64,000 nt of DNA, taken from the NCBI RefSeq assembly GCF_028641065.1, contig NC_073411.1, positions 3,410,001-3,474,000 of the forward strand, read 5' to 3'. Numbering within the stretch: position 1 is the stretch's first letter; each line of letters opens with the position of its first letter. This stretch comes from Leucoraja erinacea. Lineage: Eukaryota. The notes beneath the pieces are model-generated. The model was not told the origin of the DNA. It searched no databases and saw only the letters and a list, made by a program, of their open reading frames with translations. This document shows, in pieces, positions 1 to 12,720 of the stretch. Position numbers and translations under genes: made by a program.

Positions 1-469
1 AAGAGTACTTTGCAGGTACTATGGCAACTAAGAATCATTTAGACTGGTGCATGGTTAGGGCAGGTTGAGAGGGATATGGGCAAAATGCAGGCAGGTTGGA
101 CTGGTGTAGATGAGAGATATTGGCTGGTGTGGGCATGTTGGGTGGATGGGCCTTTCCACACTGAGACTCTATGACTCTAGTAATATTTCTCCATATATTC
201 CGAATAAGAGAAGTCAATGAAGCCTGATGTTGACAGATGAGCATTTCAAATACTGAACATATTTTCTAAAGAGTTGCAGTCAATAATTACATCAGTATAG
301 TTCCGTGTTGCTTTGCAACAGGGATTTCCCAACATTGCAATTTAACTTGGTTGTTTTTATTCACTCACTGGAAGTGGACATTGCTGGAGTAGGCAATGTT
401 GAATGCCTGTTCACTGTGTGTTTAAGAGGCCGGACCTTGGCATTGAATGGCTGCAATCCCTGTGGAAAA

Positions 470-860
470 GGGTCTCTGGAATTTAGAAGGATGAGAGGGG
501 ATCTTATTGAAACATATAAGATTGTTAAGGGTTTGGACACGCTAGAGGCAGGAAACATGTCCCCGATGTTGGGGGAGTCCAGAACCAGGGGCCACAGTTT
601 AAGGATAAGGGGTAAGCCATTTAGAAAGGAGATGAAGAAACACTATTTCACACAGAAAGTTGTGAGTCTGTGGAATTCTCTGCCTCAGAGAATGGTGGAG
701 GCCAGTTCTCTGGATACTTTCAAGAGAGAGCTAGATAGGGCTCTTAAAGATAGCGGAGTCAGGGGATATGGGGAGAAGGCAGGAACGAGGTACTGATTGT
801 GGATGATCAGCCATGATCAAATTGAATGGCGTACTCCTGCACCTATTGTCTATCGTCTAT
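470..860 (+). mobile_element. CR1-type LINE 3' fragment
   Basis: ORF2 C-terminus SLEFRRMRGDLIETYKI...RTRGHS...WNSLP followed by 3' UTR. Confidence 0.85.
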
Positions 861-2963
861 CATGCTGATGCTTCACACGGGGAGTTCAGGATTTTGACCT
901 GAAGAAGAGGACAGCTCAGAAACATCCTCAACTGATATATCTGCAGATCCTACAATGCCAGTGTGTTTGCCAAAAAGCACACAGATAGCACAGCCTCCCA
1001 GGAATTGTCATCCGGTGATCTTTCAGACAACGTCAAACAGGAGAGTATGCACCAGCCAGTTAGCCTGTGCTACACAGTGCTGGAATAACTCAGCGGGTAA
1101 CACAGCATCTCTGGAGAACATGGATCGCTGATGTTTTGGTCAGATCATCCATTCACTTGAGATGAATACAAATCCCAAAACCTCTCAACTTGCGGGTGAA
1201 GTTGTATTTGGCTCTGGGACTGGATGAGCCCAAACCTGCTGGAAATAAACAATGGTATATATCTGTTTGGCAACATGTCAGATTCCATGAGGAAGGGCAT
1301 CGTCCCACTCGGTTATAAACACAAAGGGAATAAATACAACAGGAATTGGAGAACCATAACCTTAGTCATCCTTAGTGAAGGCGGAACCAAAGTACCTGTA
1401 CTCGCCTAACGGTTCTGCCCTTTCTTTGTTTCCCCATTATAAATTCACCTGTCTCTGACTTTAAGGGACCTACATTTGTTTCACTAATCTTTTCCTTTAT
1501 ACATATCTAAAGATTGTGCGTTTTATCTGGGTGCTTCAGTTTCCACCCACATTTCAAAGACATATAGGTTTGGTAATATTGTAAATTGTCCCTAGTGTGT
1601 GTAGGATGGTGATAGTGTGCGGGGACTGCTGGTCGGCGCAAACTCAGTGGACTGAAGGGCCTATTTCCATGCTGTATCTCTAAATTAAACGGTTACGGCC
1701 AAGGATCCAATGGACTGGTGTAACTGATTGATCAAGTTCCTTGTTTAATGTTTATATTTGCGCAGGCCAAGCCAAGAAGAATGTATTCCTTCAAACACAC
1801 GACCGCAATTCTATTGATGTTGGAAATGTTAAGGGAAATCTGAAGTTACTGTAAAATATCCACCCGTTAACCATTTTTCAACTTTGTTTTGGTTTTCGTT
1901 GTATCAGGACACGCCTGACCAATATTTTGAGGCCTGCACAGTGTATGAAAAGTTCAGGTGTGTGGATTCCAGGCAACCAGTGGAATGTAACCACACTTCT
2001 ATAAGGGCCATTTTCCAGGTCTGTGTCTAGACAGCTTAGATGCATTTGTAAGCCAGCTCTTGGAAGTTAATATGAGCAATAATACTTCAGAATGAGGCCA
2101 AATTAAATCATTGTTTACCAGTTAATAGATGACAGTCTACCCTTATTCTTATGGACCTCTGTATAACGGATGTTGGGTCCAGCGTACAGCGCATCACCAC
2201 TGTCTCTTTAAAAACACAGACTGCTTGGTACACTGCTAGAGAGCAGGCCTGAACTACTGTCCATCTCATTTGGAGACCCTCGGACTCGGACTTGATTGGA
2301 TTTTACTGGCTTTATCTTGCACTGAACGTTATTCCCTTATCGTGTATCTGCACACAGTAAATGGTTGAATTGTAATCTTGTATTGTCTCTCCGTTGACTG
2401 GTTAGCACACAAGGAAAGCCTTTCACTCGGTACAAGTGACAATAAACTAGACTAAACTGTGGGAGGGCATTGAAATTGACAAGCAATTGCTTCGATCGAT
2501 TCAAACAGCATTTAGTCTTTTTAGCTTGCAGGAACAAAAATACATATTTTGTTTAAAAATAACTTTGTATTTGAAACCAACTCATCGTTTCATGGAGTGA
2601 CCATTAGGTGGGTGGAGTGAATCACTTTCTTGGTTTAAAGCAGACAATTGGCATTTATGGACACCATTCCCTGCTCTGTGGTTATCTGTACTATCATTCC
2701 AATCGTCGATCATCCAAAACCATCACCCATTTAGACATCGGCCAGCAGATTTTTAAAGTTGAGTGAACAAATTCCAAAGTACTGACCCAAAATGTCACCT
2801 GCCCAAATCTTCCAAAAATGCTGCCTAACCCGCTGAGCAGGTTCAGAACTTTGTCTTTGGCTCAAGATTCCAACATCTGCAGTTCCTTGTGTCCCCAGAG
2901 CTCGTAGATACATCTGATGACATTGGTTCTTATTTGAGCTGGGAGCCTGCTCAATCATCAACA

Positions 2964-4020
2964 GTCTGTGTGTTTTTTTATATTTTATTTAATTTTTAGT
3001 GCGTTTTAAAAGTTTGTGTAAATGTTCTCCGGTTTGTTTTATGTAGGGGGAGGGGGTCGGGGGAAACTTTTTTTTCAGTTTATTACCTTGCCGGAGATGC
3101 GTTTGTTTTCCCTGGATCGTATCTCCGGCCGATCTGCGGCCTACCATCGATGGAGCTGGAAACCTCCTCGGACTGACTTTGAGCCCCAGCCCGGGGTGTG
3201 GACCTAACATCGGAGCCAATTCCTTGCCTGGGATCGCTCCAGGCAAGTCTGTGGACTTTACATCGAGAGCTCACAGTCTCGGGAGAGGCTAGTCGGGAGC
3301 TCCAATGACGCAGAGGCTCGACCAGTCCCAACGCGGGGTTCAATCGCCGGCGCGGGGAGCTGACATTCCCCCCCCCCCCCCCCGATGCAGGATCTGATCG
3401 CCCTGATGCGGAGGGCTCAAACGCCGCCGGCTACGGGAGTCGAGAACATCCCGTCAACGGAGGGCTCGAGGCCCCCGACCTCGGGAGAGCAAAGAAGGGA
3501 AGAGATCTGAACCTTTTTTATTCGGCTTCCCTCACAGTGAGGAATGTGGAAGAGTCACTGTGGTGGATGTTTCTGAGTCCGAGGTTCGGCCGTGGGCCAG
3601 CGGCTGCGTCAGCAGGACTGGTGGGCGGCAGCTTCGACCACCCCGGGGCGCGGTGATTGAGCCGCGGGACTGTTTTTAACATCGCCCGGTGGGGTATCGC
3701 CTCAGCGAAGAGGGAGAAGAGGAGGGAAGAGACTGCAGACCTAAGACTTTTGCTTCCATCACAGTGAGGATGTGCTAGGTGGACTCACTGTGGTGGATGT
3801 TAATATGTGTTTATTGTTGATTTTTATTGTATTGTATGTATGACTGCAGGCATGAAATTTCGTTCAGACTTCGGTCTGAATGACAATAAAGGAAATCTGT
3901 AATCTGTAATCTGTTTATGTTAAAATGTCTTTTGTATGTTCTGTTACTTTTTATTTGTATGACTGACTTGCCAAATGAAATTCCTCGTATGTTGCAAAAC
4001 ATACTTGGCTAATAAAGTAT
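2964..4020 (+). mobile_element. GC-rich unclassified interspersed repeat carrying a nested related element (~3573-3912)
   Basis: Homologous, in reverse complement, to 16836-17035 and 17545-17745; nested copy ends aataaaggaaatctgtaatctgtaatctg. Confidence 0.6.
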
Positions 4021-4405
4021 CTCATTTAGGCCATTTAAGACTGAGGTCAGAAAAAACGTTTCCACCCAGAGAGTTGTGAATTTGTGGAATTCCCTGCCAC
4101 AAAGGGCAGTGGGGGCCAAATCACTGGATAGATTTAAGAGAGAGTTAGATAGAGCTCTAGGGACTAGGGATATGGGGAGAAGGCAGGCACAGGTTATTGA
4201 TTTGGGATGATCGGCCATGATCACAATGAATGGCGGTGCTGGCTCGAAGGGCCGAATGGCCTCCTCCTGCACCTATTTTCTATGTTTCTAATGATGACCA
4301 TGCTTTTCATTAATGATTGGCCTTTTTTTTATTTTCAAGGGGTTTGGAATGTTTTCTTTTGTCAAAGAAATAGTTAAATGCTTGCTAATTATATTTAATT
4401 TTTAG

Positions 4406-4501
4406 GTATCGACAGAAGCTATTGCAACCAGTGAGGCACCTATTTCATCATATGCCTGTCAAAGAAGGACGACGCTAAGAAATAAAAACATGTTATTTAC
4501 G
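4406..4501 (+). CDS. POLM: DNA polymerase mu, coding exon (approx. exon 3; linker/start of 8-kDa domain)
   Basis: tttag|...|gtaatg boundaries; 96 nt, phase 0-0; translates VSTEAIATSEAPISSYACQRRTTLRNKNMLFT, containing the Pol mu/TdT YACQRxT motif. Confidence 0.9.
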
Positions 4502-4783
4502 GTAATGATCAACAGACAACACAGCCCACTCACTCTGACCCCAAACCTTAGGCGGGAATTATTTCAGAGCTTGTTGGCACTTTCAGGGGAATGAGGGTGC
4601 TGCTCACATTCATTACTGGACCTGTTTACAAATGCATGTAAAATGCCACAGTTGTGACACGGCTGAGCTCAGACAGTTCCCTACTCTCTCAACATTCACA
4701 GTCAGGATTGTATGCGGAATGGTGGCTGTTGAAACAGATGAAAAAGGAAGAATACTTATGATTCAATATGTATGCGGTGGATA

Positions 4784-4972
4784 GACAAAAATGCTGGAGA
4801 AACTCAGCGGGTGCAGCAGCATCTATGGAGCGAAGGAAATAGGCAACGTTTCGGGCTTTGGCCCGAAACGTTGCCTATTTCCTTCGCTCCATAGATACTG
4901 CTGCACCCGCTGAGTTTCTCCAGCATTTTTGTCTACCTTCGATTTTCCAGCATCTGCAGTTCCTTCTTAAAC
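4784..4972. mobile_element. Palindromic Penelope-like pLTR remnant with 16-bp target-site duplication
   Basis: Inverted arms of about 75 bp; ATGTATGCGGTGGATA at 4768-4783 and 4973-4988. Confidence 0.75.
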
Positions 4973-5264
4973 ATGTATGCGGTGGATAACGTGAGCAATT
5001 GTTTGAATACCTGAGAATGTTACGTTATAACTCCATGAATCTTACAAGCCTGGGGCTTTGGTATTGGGCTTGCAGATTGTCTGGGTTATTGAATTTATTC
5101 CAATAATAATCTAACACGCTGCTAATTCACGCTTTTAAAAAAATAGTACAATAATAAATGTACCAGTGACCCAGGGGAGCTTGTGAAACAATGCACTTGT
5201 AAATCTCAAGGAACCAGAGCCAGGTCAGGAAGCAAGCAGGGCTCTAGAGGGTGGAAGGGAATGT

Positions 5265-5720
5265 GGTTTCAACAACTAAGTTACAGAGATAGGTTGAATA
5301 AGTTAGGTCTTTATTCTCTGGAGCGCAGAAGGTTAAGGGGGGACTTGATAGAGGTCTTTAAAATGATGAGAGGGATAGACAGAGTTGATGTGGACAAGCT
5401 TTTCCCTTTGAGAATAGGGAAGATTCAAACAAGAGGACATGACTTCAGAATTAAGGGACAGAAGTTTAGGGGTAACATGAGGGGGAACTTCTTTACTCAG
5501 AGAGTGGTAGCGGTGTGGAATGAGCTTCCAGTGGAAGTGGTGGAGGCAGGTTCGTTGGTATCATTTAAAAATAAACTGGATAGGCATATGGATGAGAAGG
5601 GAATGGAGGGTTATGGTTTGAGTGCAGGCAGGTGGGACTAAGGGAAAAAAGTTTGTTCGGCACGGACTTGTAGGGCCAAGATGGCCTGTTTCCGTGCTGT
5701 AATTGTTATATGGTTATATG
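5265..5720 (+). mobile_element. CR1-type LINE 3' fragment with (TTATATGG)n tail
   Basis: [29 protein letters not shown]...WNELP; same subfamily as 36079-36625. Confidence 0.88.
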
Positions 5721-5909
5721 GAACGGGTTTCCCAGCAAGAGGAAGGTAGCACAGGAACCAGGGCCACAGTAAGAGGGAAGTGAGCAAAGGTCTTCAATGA
5801 GCCAGACATTAAACCTTCGGGAATTCCACACTGGCAGCAGATTACTGGATTTTCATTGTGCTAAAAATTGGCCATGTCAAAATGTATACACTGCAATAGA
5901 CTTCTCTAA

Positions 5910-6270
5910 ATAGAAACATAGAGAATAGGTGCAAGAGTAGGCCATTTGGCTCTTTGTGCAAGCACTGCCATTCAATATGATCATGGCAACTCATCCAGAA
6001 TCAATACCCCGTTCCTGCTTTTCCCCCATATCCCTTGATTCCGTTAGCCCTAAGAGCTAAATCTAACTCTCTCTTGAATACCTCCAGTGAATTGGCCTCC
6101 ACTGTGGCAGAGAATTCCACAGATTCACAACTCTCTGGGTAAAAACGTTTTTCCTCATCTCAGTCCTAAATGGCCTACCCCTTATTCTAAAACTGTGACC
6201 CCTGGTTCTGGACTCCCTCAACATCGGGAACATTTTCCCTGTCCAATCCCTTAAGAATTTTATATGTTTT
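5910..6270 (-). mobile_element. CR1-type LINE 3' fragment
   Basis: MFPMLRESRTRGHS...VVNLWNSLP on the minus strand. Confidence 0.8.
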
Positions 6271-6328
6271 ATATACATTTTATCCATTTTAAAATGGATT
6301 GAGATTAATCTTTTGTCTTGATATTTAG

Positions 6329-6499
6329 GAAGCATTGAAGGTTCTGGCTGAAAGTGCAGAGTTAAGTGAGAGTGAAGGGCGATACTTGGCATTCTCAAGA
6401 GCATCTTCAATTCTAAAGTCTTTGCCGTACACTGTGACCAAAATGGAAGACCTTCAAGGGATTCCCAATCTCGGCGTCCATTCCAGAAAGGTGATTAAG
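6329..6499 (+). CDS. POLM: DNA polymerase mu, exon 4 (8-kDa domain)
   Basis: ag|...|gtaatg; 171 nt; EALKVLAESAELSESEGRYLAFSRASSILKSLPYTVTKMEDLQGIPNLGVHSRKVIK. The EGR and GxHS features match Pol mu better than TdT. Confidence 0.92.
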
Positions 6500-6620
6500 G
6501 TAATGGCATGATATGATTCCTATGGTCTGTCACATTCCTTGGATATCCAGCAGAATAACTGCTGTTTATATGGACCATTACTTGCATTGCAGTCACTTAA
6601 GTGGGGTGGATGATTGCAGC

Positions 6621-7010
6621 CAAAGATCCTATAGCGGAGCAAGATAGACCAGTCCTACTAAATGCAATGGGCTGACGTGTAGTACGCAACGGAGCGGAAC
6701 GTGGGCCTTTTTTTCCTCAATTTCAGTAACCCTACCCGACCCGACCCGACTCGCAGTGTAACCAACATTGCGGGGGAACAGTTTGTGTTAATAAATCATA
6801 ATTCTGAAAATGAGGAGAAGATTTTTACCAAAGCACTTTTATTTTTACGAGGATGTTTCCGTAACCGGCTTCCGTCTCCGCTATGGGATCTTTGGTGCGG
6901 AGACGGAAGCCGGTTATGGAAATGGGGCCGAACATTACCTATGAATCTGCCCATGACCATACTATGTCTTTTTCGTCGAGTGGACTATCTTGCTTGCTAT
7001 AGGATCTTTG
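6621..7010. mobile_element. Non-autonomous DNA transposon (MITE) with TIR CAAAGATCCTATAGC
   Basis: Inverted termini of about 30 bp; interrupts a short repeat at attgcaac with a degenerate 8-bp duplication (attgcagc/tttgtaac), as expected for hAT/P-type elements. Confidence 0.75.
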
Positions 7011-7119
7011 TTTGTAACCTTCACGTGGTCCGCCCTGTTTCGATGAATACAATCAACCCGGCGTGCACAATCAAATAACATCAAATAGGACAAGTTGTCC
7101 TACAACTTTAGGCTGTGCA

Positions 7120-7712
7120 GCGTCTCTTCTTCCTGAGGAGACTGAGTCTTAATGTCCATGCTGAAAAATCCTCAGATTCTAGAGGAAAAACTTAAGACCG
7201 CTGTCAAGATCGAGCGCATCCTGTTCAACTGCATCACAGTATGGTATGGCAACTGCTCTGTCTTTGCTGCAGGAAATCCCGGAAGATGGCATTGCAGAGG
7301 GTGGAAAAATTGCCCACGAATCAGAGATATCATCGCTCCCCTCCATTGAGTCTGTCCAAAGCAAGTTTTGTCAGAAGGAGGGGAGCTCACATCAACAGCA
7401 GAGAGATGCAGAAGCTGGACTGTTGAACCCTCCTATCATCCGAAGGAGGCGCTACTGGTCTCTCTATGGGCCGAACCAGCAGGTCGAGGAACAGCTTCTT
7501 GTCGGCGGCTGTCACTCTACTGACAAGAATGTATCCTCAGTCTATTGCCGTCCACAGATGCTACCCCCCCCCCCCCCCCCCCAGACACTTATTGTTTGGA
7601 CGATTCAAGGGTTTTGCTATGTCTTGGACATTCCAGGGAGATGGTTAAATGGCATTTTGTTAGAGTCTCTGTACTGTACACGACAATGACCCAATTAAAA
7701 TTGAATCTGATG
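7120..7712 (+). mobile_element. Rex1/Babar-like LINE 3' fragment, corrupted by interleaved flanking sequence
   Basis: Peptide remnants ILFNCITVWYGNCS, ALQRV, LPSIES, RTSRSRNSF; tail attaaaattgaatctga; the same tail family occurs on the minus strand at 16280-16390. Confidence 0.7.
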
Positions 7713-7884
7713 CTATCTGGAATCATACGCTCCCTGTGGTCACTTGGGTCTTAATGTGTGTAAAGCAGAAAAATGAAATTACTTTCTAGAAGTCTTTTTA
7801 AGACATTAGAAAATGTCCCATTGAGCGTTGCTGTTCTAGCTATTTGCAAGAAATGAAGAAAAGTCTCCTGTTTCTTTGCTGCAG

Positions 7885-7956
7885 GAAATCCTTGAAGATG
7901 GAACTTGTAGTGAAGTTGGAAATATACTCCAGAATGAGAGATATCATACTCTAAAG
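7885..7956 (+). CDS. POLM: DNA polymerase mu, exon 5
   Basis: tgcag|...|gtaggc; 72 nt; EILEDGTCSEVGNILQNERYHTLK. Confidence 0.9.
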
Positions 7957-8282
7957 GTAGGCCTGAGTGAGAATAGTGTTTTGCCATAAGTATATGGAGA
8001 ATACACGTGGAACAGAAGAGACTGCAGAAGCTGCAATCTTGAACAAAAAAACAAACTGTCAAAGGAACTCTGAGGTCTGGTAGCATTTATGGCGGGGAAT
8101 GGTATGGACAGGCGACGTTTCAGGTCGAGGTTGAAGAAGGATCCTGACCAGAAACATCGTCAGTCTATTTCCGTCCACAGATGCTACTTGACCCTGTGAG
8201 CTCCTCCAGCACTCTGTTTGGACGATTCACAGATGGGTTTCAGGACCGAGTCTTGGACATATCAGGAAAAGTAGTTGGTTAG

Positions 8283-8778
8283 AATGGCACAGCTGTTGGA
8301 GTCGCTGTCTCACAGCGCCAGCGACCCAGGTTCAATCCTGACCCCTGATGCTATCTGTGTGGAGTCTGCACGTTCTCCCTGTGGCCGTGTGGGTTTCCTC
8401 TGTGTAAAGGAGCTTAGATGTAGTCCTTAGTCCTTCACTAAGTATTTATTAAGACACTACATCCACGTCCCAGCACTGACCACAACTGGTCTACACATGT
8501 ACTGGAACCTACAGGGGGAGGGTGCATGCAGATACTACAGTTATACTACATAAGGTGGGAGTGTCAATATGGTAATGAGGTAACTACATATTTGGTTGCA
8601 TGCATAACCATCTACACTCTGGATGCTCCGGTTTCCTTCCACATCCCATAGAGCTTTGGGTTTGTCGAGTAATTGGAGTCTGTACATTGTGCCTGGTGCG
8701 TAAGATGTGTAGAACGGTGTGTGAATGGGCGATCGATGGTCGACGTGGACAATGCTATATCTAAACTAGACTAAACTA
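8283..8778 (+). mobile_element. tRNA-derived SINE (interrupted by a solo LTR)
   Basis: ggcacagc...gctgtctcacagcgccagcgacccaggttcaatcctgacc head with B-box; (actaa)n tail. Confidence 0.7.
8403..8616 (-). mobile_element. Short solo LTR (214 bp)
   Basis: TGTA...TACA termini; perfect 5-bp TSD CTCTG (8398-8402, 8617-8621); AATAAA on the minus strand. Confidence 0.8.
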
Positions 8779-9234
8779 ACATTAATACAATGACTATTTC
8801 TAGGATAATTTTTCAATGGTTAATGTCAATCGCTTTTTGAAAAGACCAACGTTTCGAAGGTAGACGCAAAATGCTGGAGCAACCCAGCGGGCCAGCCAGC
8901 ATATCTGGAGAGAAGGAATGGGTGACGTTTCAGGTCGAGACCCTTCCAGGGAGTCTTGGTGTTCTCAAGTAAAGGTTCAAGTCAAAATGGTAATCCAGCT
9001 GCTCATCCAGAAGTTGCTCAGGAGATGACTATAGTATTTTTCAAATGATAGACACAAAATGCAGTGACTCAGTGGGTCAGGCATCATCTCTGGAGAAAAT
9101 GGATGGGTGACGTTTCGGGTCGGAACCCTTCAGACTGAAGAAGTCTGATTAAGGATCCCAACTCAAAACACCACCTACCCATTTTCTCCAGAGATAATGC
9201 CTGATTTGCTGAGTTACTCCAGCATTTTGCTTAG

Positions 9235-9560
9235 TTCACTTTAGTTGAGTTTAGAGATCCAGTGCGGAAACAGGCCCTTTGGCCCATCGAGTCCGCACCG
9301 ACCAGCGATCCTTGCACATTAACACTACCCAATGCATACTGGAGACAATTTTACATTTATATAAGCCAATTAACCTGCAAACCTGTACAGCTTTGGAGTG
9401 TGGGAGGAAACTGAAGCTAATAGACAATAGAATTACCCGGAGAACACACACGCACGTCATGGGGGGAACGTACAAACTCCGTACAGACAGCACCCGTACT
9501 CGGGAACGAACCCGGGTCTCTGGTGCTATAAGTCAGTAGCTCTATAGCTACGCCCCTGTG
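9235..9560 (-). mobile_element. tRNA-derived SINE
   Basis: Reverse complement of the SINE family also seen at 13245-13500(-), 20410-20725(+), 31185-31497(-) and 32070-32340(+). Confidence 0.75.
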
Positions 9561-10404
9561 TCTATCTTTGGTATAAACCAGCATCTGCAGTTTCTTGATA
9601 CTGTGTTTACAAATTGCTTTTGTGATCAATTATAGCTTCATGTTTTTGCTATGCAGGAAATGTTTCATCTAATTTTGATATGCAAGCAGGGTTTTTGATA
9701 AATGAGACAAGTGCAGTCCATTGTCACAGCAACTTGCGCACAAAATCCAGGCTGACACTTCATTCAGGTAGTCTCCTTCTTGCGAATGTAACATAAACCA
9801 AAGGATTAGTTAGATCTCAAGCCGGGTGTTGAGTAGCCAGGTTGTTGTCTCTGCGTCAAAGTCAGGTAGCAAAGGAATGTTGCAACATTGGAGAAAGTGT
9901 CTTTCATCTGAAGACCTGAGACTGGAATCTGGAGTGAAAGACAAACCAGTGGAAGAACTCGTTTGCTATTGCAGGGTCTCACCCCAAAACATCGATAATG
10001 CTTCTGCTTCCACAGATGCTGCCTGACTCACTGAGTTCCTTCAGCATTTTGCTTCTTGCTGCCTTTCAGATGACATGTTAATCCAATATCCAGCTGTTCT
10101 CTGAATGGATGGGAAAAGATCAGCTGGCAGTATTTTAAAGAGCTGTGGAGGGTAGGCTTAATGTTTTGGCCAACATTTACTGCTCAATCAACATGTTTAA
10201 AAAAAGTAAGATAACATCATCCCTTTTGTGAGTGTTCGCTACACAGAAAATATCTGCCAGAGATTGTGCATTAGAATAGAGACAAAACTGGAAATGCTAT
10301 TAGATAGACGCATAATGCTGGGGTAACTCAGCGGGACAGGCAGCATCTCTGGATAGAAGGAATGGATGACGTTTTAGGTCGAGACCTTTCTTCACACTGC
10401 TAAA

Positions 10405-10545
10405 GGCACTGTCCTACTTATGCGACTTTTTCGGCGACTGCCGGCACCCGTCATACGTTGCCAAAAATTTTCAGCATGTTGAAAATTTTCGGCGACCTAG
10501 GACGGGTGTCAGCAGTCGCCGAGGAAGTTGCGTAAGTGGGACTTA
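10405..10545. mobile_element. Degenerate PIF/Harbinger-like MITE
   Basis: ctgtcctacttatgcgac...gttgcgtaagtgggac; same family as 23072-23358. Confidence 0.6.
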
Positions 10546-10700
10546 GCTGTGAAGTGCTTGGTTGAGATGGTTGTAATGCAATTGGAATTCTTTACTTATT
10601 TGCAAATAGCAATCAGTTGGACAGGACGCTGTGATTAACTGTAACAAGTTGGTCAGTAACTGGTTACCCCGATGTGTAAGGCTTGTCTCTGGTCCTGTAG

Positions 10701-10970
<270 letters not shown>

Positions 10971-11181
10971 TAGACAAAAGATCGATTTCCATTTTATAAC
11001 AAGGAAGACTATTCACGGGAGGACAATTTTTGACAATGTCAAATCTCATAGATGAATTATCAGAAATTCCTGTAGAAGTATAGATAGGACACAAAGTCCA
11101 GGGAACTTGGGAATGTTAATGACGATTTCTTGACGAAAGTCTGTATTGCAGTAAAAATGCTGAATGTCTTACAACACATGG

Positions 11182-11766
11182 TGAAAAAGTTACTTTTATA
11201 ACAATCAAACAGGTTCGCTTCTTAATAAACTGACAACTCACAAACGTTTGGTAGACCAGTTCAAAACTTTACTTATTATCGGCCGATGGAAGTGGCAGGG
11301 AGAACTCCAGTCAAGTGAGCAATAGAGACACTTCACTGTCCTCATTCCACTTCTCCGAACAACAGAATTACATCGTATTATATCGTGTTTTTTTGTCACC
11401 TTAGCACATTCCACAAACATTAGTTATGGTCAGCGGTACGGAGAATAAAGGTTACTACAGGATGCGTCACATCAAAGGCATCTTGTTGTTTGGTACAAGG
11501 ACAAAGGCATCGGACATTTGGTACAAGATATCTTACATCCTAAAGGCATCAGCCATTTGTCAATACCCCTTAGTGAGATCAATCTAGCTTCCTCTCTCGT
11601 CACTTGGTAGACAAATGTTATAGTCATTCATTATCTCAATACACAGCAACCTGAGGCAAGCTTAGACTTGCCTTAATCTACTGGAGAAAAGCCTGATTTG
11701 AGACTAAATATAAGCTGTAAACTGACCCAGGAACCAATTTAATATATTCTTATATTTTTAACATCA
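11182..11766 (-). mobile_element. Putative solo LTR
   Basis: Reverse-complement homolog of 18897-19572; TG...CA termini; TSD not recognisable. Confidence 0.55.
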
Positions 11767-11849
11767 TTCAGCCTTATCAATGGAAGTAGAAAAATCTCCC
11801 GGCCATGATCAGGTATATCCAAGGACACTGTGGGAAAGTGGACAGGAAA

Positions 11850-12720
11850 TTGGATGAGAATGTTCAAGGAATGATTACGTTTGCAGATGCTAAAATAGGT
11901 GGAATCATTGATAACGAAGATGGTTATCAAGAATAAGCAGATGATGATCAGCTGAGCACGTAGGTCATGCAATGGCAAAGGAGTTTAATTTGGATAAGAG
12001 TGAGCTCTTGTATTTTGAGACAACAAACCAGGGCAGGACCTTCACAGTGAACGGTGGGCCCTGGGAAGGAATCAAGGAGTAAATGTACGGGTTCTCTCAA
12101 AATGGCGTCACCGGAAGATAGGGTAGTGAAGAAGGCCTTTGGCCCGCTGGCCTTCATCAGTCAGGAAACTGAGTATAGAAGTTGGAAAGTTATGTTCCAG
12201 TTGTATAAGAGGCAGAATATGGATATTTTTGTGTTCAGTTTTGGTCACCTACGCTTTTGGAAGGATGGCGTTAAATTGGAAAGAGTGCAGTGAGGATTTA
12301 TAAGGATGTTGCCAGGATATCAGGGCTTGGGTTGACCAGGCTAGCACTTTATTCCTTGGAGCACAGGGGTCCGAATTTTGATCTTTGAGAAGTGTATAAA
12401 ATCATGAGGCAAATAGATACAGTGGACTTTTTCCTAGGTTAGGGAAATCGAGAACTCAAGGACAGAGGTTTAGGGTGAGAAAGAAAGATTTAATAGGAAC
12501 CTGAGGGGCAATTTTTTGTTTACACAAGGGATGGTGGGTACATGGAACAAATTGCCAGAGGAAGTAGTTAAGACAAGTACTATAACAACACTTTAAAAGA
12601 CATTTGACCAGGTACATGGATATGAAAGATTTCGAGGGATATGGGCCAAACCTGGGTCGATAGGGGCTCCTTGTTAGCATGGATGAGCCGGGTTGAAAGG
12701 CCTATGTGACTCGATGACCC
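11850..12720 (+). mobile_element. Old, degenerate CR1-type LINE fragment
   Basis: FAD-like remnant, VVKKAFGPLAFISQETEYRS, 3' UTR; many stops and frameshifts. Confidence 0.7.

Noticed and set aside
7246-7689. 147-aa ORF or duplicated exon 5 as a real coding sequence
   Set aside because: Mosaic of LINE and downstream sequence; no matching splice donor; the frame diverges from exon 5 after a few codons.
8283-8345. tRNA genes at the SINE heads
   Set aside because: A/B-box-like heads continue into SINE bodies and do not form a complete cloverleaf.
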